This document shows, piece after piece, positions 36,229 to 43,524 of a stretch of DNA of 43,524 nt (position 1 is its first letter; every line of letters starts with the position of its first letter). Location: the NCBI GenBank assembly GCA_016840095.1, contig JAEOSZ010000047.1, forward strand, positions 1-43,524, in the 5' to 3' direction. The DNA comes from Candidatus Heimdallarchaeota archaeon (lineage in GTDB: Archaea > Asgardarchaeota > Heimdallarchaeia > Heimdallarchaeales > Heimdallarchaeaceae). Position numbers and translations under genes: made by a program. The notes beneath the pieces are model-generated. The model did no database searches. It had not been told where the DNA came from and was given only the letters and a program-made list of their open reading frames with translations.

Positions 36229-37107
36229 ATGAAGGATATAGCACAAGTAGTAGAAGATACAGCTGCAAAATTACTTAAAATTGCAGCAACAAAACTTCCA
36301 AGTGAAGTTAAGGAAGCATTGATTGCTGGTGAAAAAGATACAGAAGGAAGTCTAGGTAAATCACAATTGAGTGCAATCAATGAAAATGTTGGTTTAGCAG
36401 AAACTTTCAGTAAACCAATGTGTCAAGATACTGGACTAGTTTCCTTTTTTGTAAAAATAGGTGATAAGTTTCCAATTAGATCTGAAGTGAAAACAGCTCT
36501 GATTAAAGCTACTAAGAAAGCAACAGAGAATGTTCCTCTTAGACCAAATGCTGTTGATATGTTCAAAGGTAACACAAAGAACAACGTAGGTTTGAGAGGT
36601 TTTGTACCTTGGTTCTATTTTGATCTTGTTGAAGGGGACAAATGTGAGATAATAGCTATGCCTAAAGGCGGAGGTAGTTCCAATGTTGGAAAAATGAAGA
36701 TGATACCACCTGGCAAAGGCATTAAAGGAGTAAAAGAGTTTGTAGTAGAAGCTTTAGCTGCAGCAGGACCTCTTGCATGCCCACCATATACTGTAGGTGT
36801 TGGTGTAGGTGGTGGAGAGGATATGTGCATGAATCTTGCTAAGAAAGCTCTTCTAAGACCATTGTATAAGTATCACAAAGATGAGAAAATAGCTGATCTT
36901 GAAAAGGAGCTCCTTGCAACTCTGAACAAACTTGAAATTGGTGCAATGGGACTTGGTGAAGGACCATCAGTATTAGATGTTCATATGGAGTTTGCCGCAA
37001 GACATCCAGCAAGTTTACCAGTTGGAGTTGTTATTTCATGTTGGGCATTAAGACATGCTGGAGCTACAATTGATAAAGAAGGAAATGTTGAATGGCATCC
37101 TCATTAA
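36229..37107 (+). CDS. Fe-S hydro-lyase, fumarate hydratase/tartrate dehydratase alpha subunit
   Basis: PMCQDTG, PLRPN, PKGGGS, ACPP and ISCWA.R (three Fe-S cysteines). Confidence 0.95.
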   Translation: MKDIAQVVEDTAAKLLKIAATKLPSEVKEALIAGEKDTEGSLGKSQLSAINENVGLAETFSKPMCQDTGLVSFFVKIGDKFPIRSEVKTALIKATKKATENVPLRPNAVDMFKGNTKNNVGLRGFVPWFYFDLVEGDKCEIIAMPKGGGSSNVGKMKMIPPGKGIKGVKEFVVEALAAAGPLACPPYTVGVGVGGGEDMCMNLAKKALLRPLYKYHKDEKIADLEKELLATLNKLEIGAMGLGEGPSVLDVHMEFAARHPASLPVGVVISCWALRHAGATIDKEGNVEWHPH

Positions 37108-37657
37108 ATCTTTTTTAATGAATAAAATATTCCATTTCTTAGTTTTTCTCCATCGAAATATTTTCTCTTTTCCTTCTTTTCAAGAATAAAAATGTCTCTA
37201 ATTAGAGGTAGTGCTGTCTCAATTCGATTGAGCATCGTTTTTCCCTCTTTAATGCCAATTAGTAGTACTCCATCTTTCTTAGTTGCTCTATGAAGCTCTT
37301 TAACTAACTCTTGAAATTTCGGGTAGTTGTTCTGTCCTATTATACAACAAGTTACATTGTAGAGCATCACAATGTCTATTGTTTTATTTGCTAAAGGAAT
37401 TTCATTTTGATCTTCTAATTTTATTATCTCTATAATCTCTCCAAAATTGAATTTAATAACCTTAGAAGATAGCTGTTCAAGTTCTTCTTGATCTTCATCA
37501 ATAGCTATAACTTTTCCTTTTGGACATACAATTTTTGCAACTGGTAATGTATAATTCCATTTCCACAATCGAAATCTAAAATTGACATTCCTTTTTTAAC
37601 ACCCAATTCGATTAGATGTTGAGCTAAAAACTCTTGTACTTCTTCATTTACTGACAT
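37104..37657 (-). pseudogene. Class I SAM-dependent methyltransferase, frameshifted
   Basis: ATG at 37657 gives MSVNEE...LGVKKGMSILDFDCGNG. The continuation (N)YTLPVAKIV..KGKVIAID is in another frame; one base is missing near 37555. Confidence 0.8.
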
Positions 37658-37715
37658 TAGTAAGTTTTGTAAACTACACATTTATTAGTGCTTTTACGTA
37701 TTTCTTATTGATACA

Positions 37716-38372
37716 ATGATGTTTTGCTGTAGAAGAGTAAGAACAAATTTGGTTGTAGTTTCACTAATCTTAGTTGTATTATTATCAGTAAAAACATCTA
37801 ATGCTAATTCAGAATTAGACGGTGTCTTGAAATTAACTATTAGTTCAATAACATGGGAATTTGACTCGAAGACTGAGAACTATGCTTCGTTTGATATGTA
37901 TATTAACATAACTATAGACAATATTTCAGATAAAGCAATTGAAACTTACTTCCCTGATAGCTGTAAGTTTGATTCTTATATTAATTATCAACTAAATGAT
38001 TCTTCACTCACGCTTACCACACATGGAAATGATGTGTGTTTATTTGTAATTTTAGGTCTAATATGTCCTCCAGGAGCAACATTAGTACTTGACTATGAGA
38101 GAGTAAACATAAATGATTCTTCACTTACAACACTACCTAATGGATATTATGAATTAGTAGTTGGAGAACAGTTTACAGATTCAAATTCTTATTTTGAAAG
38201 CGAAGCCAGAACTACTTTTCAAATTTACGATAATTCGAGTTTCATAACTTTACCAGAAAGACCAACTTATCAATTGACTGAAGATACATATACAGTTCTA
38301 ACCTCTCTAATATTATTACCAATATTGTTTCGATTTTTCAGAAGAAAAAGAAACAATTCTAGGTTTCTATGA
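37716..38372 (+). CDS. Secreted/cell-surface protein, beta-sandwich-like, with C-terminal TM anchor and basic tail
   Basis: N-terminal signal peptide; S/T/N/D-rich beta region; VLTSLILLPILFRFF followed by RRKR. Confidence 0.65.
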   Translation: MMFCCRRVRTNLVVVSLILVVLLSVKTSNANSELDGVLKLTISSITWEFDSKTENYASFDMYINITIDNISDKAIETYFPDSCKFDSYINYQLNDSSLTLTTHGNDVCLFVILGLICPPGATLVLDYERVNINDSSLTTLPNGYYELVVGEQFTDSNSYFESEARTTFQIYDNSSFITLPERPTYQLTEDTYTVLTSLILLPILFRFFRRKRNNSRFL

Positions 38373-38397
38373 TAAATCTCCTAAGTTTTATTAATGT

Positions 38398-38607
38398 TTG
38401 ATTTTTCTTACAAACATGAATTTGGATTCAGAAATAAACAAAATCAAAGAGTTAGTGATGGAATACACAGAATACAATGAAACTTCTAACTGGGAAAGGT
38501 TTTCAGAACTTTGGCATCCTGAAGCTAGAAGATTAAACGTAGGAAATAAGAATGAACTACTAATTACTCCTACAGAAGATATTGAGAAATTCTTATTATC
38601 TCCTTAA
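38398..38607 (+). pseudogene. Truncated NTF2/SnoaL-like (lumazine-binding-like) protein
   Basis: I..LV..Y.......W..F..LWHPEAR matches the N-terminal half of NTF2-fold proteins, but the frame stops after about 60 aa. Confidence 0.5.
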
Positions 38608-38621
38608 ATTATGATTAAATC

Positions 38622-40667
38622 ATGAGTAAGAAAATTCAACCTCCTGTTGCTAAAAAAGAATTGAAAAAGCTTGAAATTCATGAAGTAGAAAGAGAAGATA
38701 ACTACTTCTGGCTTAGATTCAAAGAAAATCAAGAAGTAATTGATTACTTAACAGCTGAAAATGATTACACTAAGGAGAAAACTAAACATCTAGATTCTTT
38801 TACTGATGAATTATTCACTGAGATGAAGAACAGAATAAAAGAAGATGACGAAAGTGTTCCCTACAAATACAAAGACTACTTCTATTATGATAAAGATGTA
38901 AAAGATAAGGAATACAAAGTTTATTGTCGTAAGTATCTTTCTTTAGATGCTGAAGAGGAAGTGCTCCTTGATTTAAACGAACTAGCTAAGGATTTTGAAT
39001 ATTACAAACTGCGAACTTTTAAGATAAGTCCCAATCAGAAGTTACTGGCATATTCAATAGATACAACAGGCTATGAAAAGTTCGTTATTAATATCAAAGA
39101 TTTAGAAACAGGTGAAACCTATGCTCCAGGAATTGAAAACATAGGTTGGAACTTTGAATGGGGGGATGATAGCACTATCTTCTACAATGTAAGAGATGAA
39201 GCTCAAAGACCCTACATGCTAAGAAGACATGTTATAGGGATTCCATCAGAAAGAGACGCAATTATTTTTGAAGAAAAGGACATTGAGAGAAGAGTATCTG
39301 TAAGAAGAAGTAAAGATCAGAAATTTCTCTTCATGGACTCTGTATCAACATTAAGTTCTGAAACACACTTCTTAGATCTGAATCAACCTATGGGCGAATT
39401 CAAACTCTTCTATCCAAGAGAGGAGGAACATGAATATGTGCTCTCTCATAAAGATGACTACTTCTATGTTATTACGAATTCAGAGAATTCTACTAATTTC
39501 AGATTAATTAGAACTCCATTAGAAAAAACTGACAAAGAAAATTGGGAGGAGATTCTCCCTCATAATGAAGATGTAAGGCTTAGTTATGCTGAATCTTTCA
39601 AAGATTTCATGGTAATCCATAAACGTGAAGAAGGATTGCCCAAAGTTGATATCTTCTATGAAATGGATGATGAGAGAAATCATACTATTGAATTTCCTGA
39701 ATCTGTATATACCCTTTGGAGGGGAGATAATCTCGAGTACACAAGTGAAATATATAGAGTAGAGTATACATCTTTAATTACTCCAAAATCAACCTATGAT
39801 TATCATGTTTCATCTAATGAATTGGAATTAAAGAAACAAGATGAAATTAAGAATTATGACAAGGATGATTTTGTAACTGAAAGAAAGCTTATTGAAGCAC
39901 GAGATGGCACTCAAGTTCCAATCACAATTGTTCATAGAAAAGATATTAATTTTCCAGCACCAACATACCTCTATGGCTATGGCTCCTACGGAGTTAACAT
40001 GGACCCAGAATTCTCATCATCAATACTCAGCTTAACTGAAAGAGGGATTATATATGTTATATCTCATGTAAGAGGAGGTGGAGAATTAGGAAGACCTTGG
40101 TATGAAGATGGAAAAATGCTGAAGAAGAAAAACTCCTTCTATGATTTCATCGATACCGCAGAACATCTATTAAAAGAAAATGTAACAACAAAAGAACAAC
40201 TAGTTATTGCAGGTGGAAGTGCAGGAGGTTTACTAGTTGGAGCATGTGTTACAATGAGACCAGATCTATTTCACTTTGTTATACCTAGAGTTCCATTCGT
40301 TGATGTCGTGACAACTATGTTGGATGATAGTATCCCTCTAACAGCCCAAGAATGGAAAGAGTGGGGAAATCCAAATGATAAAGAGCAATTCGATTATATG
40401 TTATCTTATTCTCCCTATGATCAAATTAGAGCAATTGATTATCCTCATATGCTAGTTACTACTGGTTTAAATGATCCAAGAGTAGCTTTTTGGGAGCCAG
40501 CTAAATTTGTAGCCAAACTTAGGGCACTAAAAACAGATAATAATGATTTGGTACTTAAAACAAACATGGGAGCAGGACATCATGGTGCTTCTGGTAGATA
40601 TCAGTATCTAAAGGAAACAGCTTTTATTTATGCTAACATTCTCGACAAGGTTAACTTAGCAAAGTGA
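38622..40667 (+). CDS. ptrB: Oligopeptidase B (S9A family)
   Basis: PPVAKK, DNYFWLR, YGYGSYG, HVRGGGE, GGSAGG (Ser), NDPRV (Asp) and AGH (His) motifs. Confidence 0.96.
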   Translation: MSKKIQPPVAKKELKKLEIHEVEREDNYFWLRFKENQEVIDYLTAENDYTKEKTKHLDSFTDELFTEMKNRIKEDDESVPYKYKDYFYYDKDVKDKEYKVYCRKYLSLDAEEEVLLDLNELAKDFEYYKLRTFKISPNQKLLAYSIDTTGYEKFVINIKDLETGETYAPGIENIGWNFEWGDDSTIFYNVRDEAQRPYMLRRHVIGIPSERDAIIFEEKDIERRVSVRRSKDQKFLFMDSVSTLSSETHFLDLNQPMGEFKLFYPREEEHEYVLSHKDDYFYVITNSENSTNFRLIRTPLEKTDKENWEEILPHNEDVRLSYAESFKDFMVIHKREEGLPKVDIFYEMDDERNHTIEFPESVYTLWRGDNLEYTSEIYRVEYTSLITPKSTYDYHVSSNELELKKQDEIKNYDKDDFVTERKLIEARDGTQVPITIVHRKDINFPAPTYLYGYGSYGVNMDPEFSSSILSLTERGIIYVISHVRGGGELGRPWYEDGKMLKKKNSFYDFIDTAEHLLKENVTTKEQLVIAGGSAGGLLVGACVTMRPDLFHFVIPRVPFVDVVTTMLDDSIPLTAQEWKEWGNPNDKEQFDYMLSYSPYDQIRAIDYPHMLVTTGLNDPRVAFWEPAKFVAKLRALKTDNNDLVLKTNMGAGHHGASGRYQYLKETAFIYANILDKVNLAK

Positions 40668-40739
40668 ATCAGTTCCTCTCTTTTTCTTCATTATTTATTC
40701 TTGAAGATAAAATTAAATACTTCTTTCAATTACATCTAA

Positions 40740-41348
40740 GTGAGTACTATGAATCTCACTGAACTAGCTAAGAAAAGACGTTCATATAGGAAACTAGAAC
40801 AAATTTCAATAACACCTGAAATTATAAAAGAATTGGTGGAAATAGTAGAATTTTCTCCATCTTGTGATAACAAACAGCCCTGGAGATTTATTTTTGTCTA
40901 TGATAAGGATAAATTAACAGAACTAAATGAGGTTTTTCATGAGAAAAATAGTTGGGTGAAGAATGCTTCATTACTTGTAGCTGTTTTTTCAAATCAAGAT
41001 TCTGGTTGTAATATCTCGGATAGAGACTATTACTTGTTTGACACTGGAATTGCTGTTTCATATCTAATACTAAGAGCAACAGAAATGGGTTTGGTAGCTC
41101 ATCCTACCTCATATTATGACGAAAAGAAAGCAAAACACATTCTAAATTTACCAGAAGAAATGGTTTTGATTACAATTTTAGCTATTGGCAAGCACTCTGA
41201 CTCTTCAGAAGTTATCCTTTCACCTGACCAAGAGAAAGATGAACGACAAAGACCAAGAAGACTCAGTTTACAGTATCTAAGCTATCTTGATAGGTATGTT
41301 GAAGATTATGAAGAAGATAAAAAAAGAATTGAGAAAATTTTCAAATAA
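40740..41348 (+). CDS. Nitroreductase family protein
   Basis: RRSYR, SPS..NKQPW.F, DTGIA and GL..HP motifs. Confidence 0.92.
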   Translation: MSTMNLTELAKKRRSYRKLEQISITPEIIKELVEIVEFSPSCDNKQPWRFIFVYDKDKLTELNEVFHEKNSWVKNASLLVAVFSNQDSGCNISDRDYYLFDTGIAVSYLILRATEMGLVAHPTSYYDEKKAKHILNLPEEMVLITILAIGKHSDSSEVILSPDQEKDERQRPRRLSLQYLSYLDRYVEDYEEDKKRIEKIFK

Positions 41349-41354
41349 AATGCA

Positions 41355-42005
41355 TTAGTTCGAAGTTTGTATATTCTTTTCTTTTTCTCCTCTTTGTTTC
41401 TTTCTCTTAACTGATTTGTATCTTTTAAACACAAAAGAAGCTGTTACAAGTACTAACAAGGTAACATATAATGTTTTTAGGAAAATTGTTGCAGGTAGGT
41501 TTGGAGCGAGATCTGTTCCTATTAACATCCCATGGACAACACCAAATAGAAGTGCAATGTAATTCAATCCATGAATATACCTCCACCATTTCTTGATTCT
41601 TGGTTGGAGTATGCCTGCGATAACTGCTAATATAACTAAGTATAAAGCTGGTCTTCCAGCTAAGAACCAAAATGTTCTCCAATCATCAAATCGAGGAACA
41701 AAAACATCAGCTGAACCTGTTAAAATGGAAAGAAATACTGGATGTAAGATTATTAGAACTAATCCAGTATATGCAAATATATGATGGACTTTTTTGTATG
41801 GTTTTCCAAATATTTGATAAACTTCTTTAGTGAATGCTGCCATAATGCTTGAGATAAATAAAGTTAAGAGACCAAACAGAGCAAAAATTCTAAGGAAGTC
41901 ATATAGAACAACTGTCATTGGTCCAAGAATAAAAACTAGAAATACAGCTAGGTACAAACTAAGAATTACAGTTATAATTATGATTTGCTTGGTTCTTTTA
42001 TTCAT
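41355..42005 (-). CDS. Ferric reductase-like transmembrane (heme b, MsrQ-like) protein
   Basis: About six TM helices with paired histidines (KVHH...ILHP; WRYIH...VVHG). Confidence 0.8.
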   Translation of the reverse strand: MNKRTKQIIIITVILSLYLAVFLVFILGPMTVVLYDFLRIFALFGLLTLFISSIMAAFTKEVYQIFGKPYKKVHHIFAYTGLVLIILHPVFLSILTGSADVFVPRFDDWRTFWFLAGRPALYLVILAVIAGILQPRIKKWWRYIHGLNYIALLFGVVHGMLIGTDLAPNLPATIFLKTLYVTLLVLVTASFVFKRYKSVKRKKQRGEKEKNIQTSN

Positions 42006-42049
42006 GTTATATAATTATCTTAACTTTAAATAAATATTTTTCAAAAAAA

Positions 42050-42310
42050 TTATAAAATTATTGGGAATTCATGTATCTTTGCTTCTGCTTTTAGTTGATT
42101 GGTATCAATGGTTTCTATTCCGATTAATTGAAGAAATTTTGTTAGATCTTTGATGATTTCTTCTCTATTTTTTTCAGATGCAAGACAATTCAATGCTTTA
42201 AATCTAATTATTTCTAAATCTGTGGGTATAAGGTTATCTCGTATGCAGATTTCTATTGAATTTTCAGTAAAATAAGGAATAACTATTTTGACAAATTGCT
42301 CATTTGTCAT
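42050..42310 (-). CDS. Hypothetical protein
   Basis: 86-aa ORF filling the intergenic gap, co-oriented with its neighbours. Confidence 0.45.
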   Translation of the reverse strand: MTNEQFVKIVIPYFTENSIEICIRDNLIPTDLEIIRFKALNCLASEKNREEIIKDLTKFLQLIGIETIDTNQLKAEAKIHEFPIIL

Positions 42311-42381
42311 GTTTACATTGAATGAAAATTGTATTTAACCTTTTTCTAGAAACACTAGTTAAAATTTCGAACTTTGAGCTA

Positions 42382-43341
42382 CTAATCACTTAAAGTGTAC
42401 TCAGTTGTAGTATATGACTCTCGAATACTCACTCTACCATTAGTATATTGTGTAGCAAATTGGCCACAATTTGTACCAATATCATTTTCCTCCCATTCTC
42501 CAATACTTATTGCAGCGCCAAAACCAAGTTTTCTAAATTCTTTTACTAATGGGAAGATATCTAGGTTTTCCTCAGTTATTCCACTTTGAAGTTTGTTGTC
42601 TTTTGCTTTGTTAGTGGGATTAACTGGAGTGAGTTTAATCCAATATTTTTCTGGGTCAAAAATGTGAGATACAATTTCTGGATTAATTGTAGAATCTGCA
42701 GCAACTGCAAAATTGAGAGTAATTTTTCTGTCTCCTTTCTTATACCATCTCTCACCATACTCTGCAATTTTAGCCAAATCCCAGATGTTGTTGGTCATCC
42801 ATTTTTCTCTTTCAGTTTGATCTGTAGAATGGATGGAAAACTGTAATTGAAAATTACCACTTGAATAATATCTATCTTTTATTTCAATCAGCTCTTCGAG
42901 AAATTCATCACCGTTCTTAGGAGCAATTGTACTTATACATGGCATTAATCCTGGAGCATCATATCTCTCAGGAAGTAACCTCAAAACCTCTAATACATTC
43001 TTGTTGAGTGTTGGTTCTCCCATTCGAGCGAATTGGATTTTAAACTTAGGAACTGGGATTTTGCCTTCTGGAAAGCGTTTCTTAATCATATAATCAATTG
43101 CTTCAAACATACCTTCAGTAGAAATTTTACCGTGATAATATTCTCCTGCATCACACATCAAGCATCCAACAGGACAGCCATACATAGTTGAAATAATCAA
43201 AACCCATTTCTCTTCTCTAGGAATTGGAGGTTGTAAGCTTTCGACAAATTCTACTATTTTGTCTTCTTGTTTAGCTATGTAAAGAATAGCTAAATCCTCC
43301 TTACCAAATCTCCCGAGAAGCTCCATGATAACTTTCTTCAA
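42382..43341 (-). CDS. Radical SAM protein, RlmN/Cfr-like (short form)
   Basis: CPVGCLMC, RMGEP..N, IST, SIHS, PVN and NCGQ motifs. Likely start is the ATG at 43326. Confidence 0.88.
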   Translation of the reverse strand: MKKVIMELLGRFGKEDLAILYIAKQEDKIVEFVESLQPPIPREEKWVLIISTMYGCPVGCLMCDAGEYYHGKISTEGMFEAIDYMIKKRFPEGKIPVPKFKIQFARMGEPTLNKNVLEVLRLLPERYDAPGLMPCISTIAPKNGDEFLEELIEIKDRYYSSGNFQLQFSIHSTDQTEREKWMTNNIWDLAKIAEYGERWYKKGDRKITLNFAVAADSTINPEIVSHIFDPEKYWIKLTPVNPTNKAKDNKLQSGITEENLDIFPLVKEFRKLGFGAAISIGEWEENDIGTNCGQFATQYTNGRVSIRESYTTTEYTLSD

Positions 43342-43524
43342 TAGTTACCTCTTTAACTATTTCCATAGCAGCTTTCATACCATCGCCCATAGCAATAGAA
43401 ACTTGACGATAGTTGTCTCTTTTCACATCTCCAACAAAATAGAGAAATCTATTTTCTGATTTTCCTTCATAAACAGAAAGTAGTTTATCCGAAACAATAT
43501 CTAGATTAGGTTCTCTCCCTATAG
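43301..43524 (-). CDS. Thioredoxin reductase-like NAD(P)/FAD oxidoreductase, C-terminal part; truncated by window edge
   Basis: Manual translation IGREPN...LYFVGDVKRDNYRQVSIAMGDGMKAA...EIW* (stop at 43301-43303). Not in the ORF track. Confidence 0.85.
   Translation of the reverse strand, partial: IGREPNLDIVSDKLLSVYEGKSENRFLYFVGDVKRDNYRQVSIAMGDGMKAAMEIVKEVTIEESYHGASREIW

Noticed and set aside
37545-37570. Programmed ribosomal frameshift in the methyltransferase
   Set aside because: No canonical slippery heptamer at the junction, and a second damaging change in motif I points to decay.
1079-42846. Many short ORFs overlapping longer genes (e.g. 4625-5089, 5171-5611, 22356-22673, 26626-26958, 34863-35147, 42586-42846)
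   Set aside because: They are antisense or out-of-frame shadows of well-supported genes and have no recognisable motifs.
1-43524. Mobile elements, prophage, rRNA or tRNA genes
   Set aside because: I saw no transposase, integrase or viral motifs, terminal repeats, or long GC-rich structured stretches.

Overview
AT-rich archaeal chromosomal segment, most likely from an Asgard archaeon (Heimdallarchaeia-like; inferred from gene content only). It carries housekeeping genes (eS25, thermosome, HisRS, TBP, MTAP, XPB-Bax1, sirtuin, two-subunit Fe-S fumarase, FprA), five peptidases and a dense set of eukaryotic-signature-like proteins. Best candidate for an undescribed system: a minus-strand cluster (1819-5829) whose last gene fuses a folliculin/SMCR8-type uDENN (longin) domain, which keeps the 'ARG' arginine-finger motif, to a Zn-binding V4R (Bet3/TRAPP-like) domain. 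That gene is translationally coupled to a motif-degenerate MfnF/hydantoinase-type ASKHA protein and lies about 9 kb from an Arf-like GTPase-longin fusion with non-canonical G3/G4 motifs. Also present: a stand-alone box C/D sRNA with canonical K-turn geometry (19152-19223), a membrane-anchored RING protein followed by a paralog of its middle domain, a RadA paralog lacking the FxxA polymerisation motif, an RlmN-like radical SAM enzyme lacking the resolving cysteine, and a frameshifted methyltransferase. I saw no rRNA, tRNA, CRISPR array or mobile element. All domain calls come from reading motifs by eye; no database search was run.
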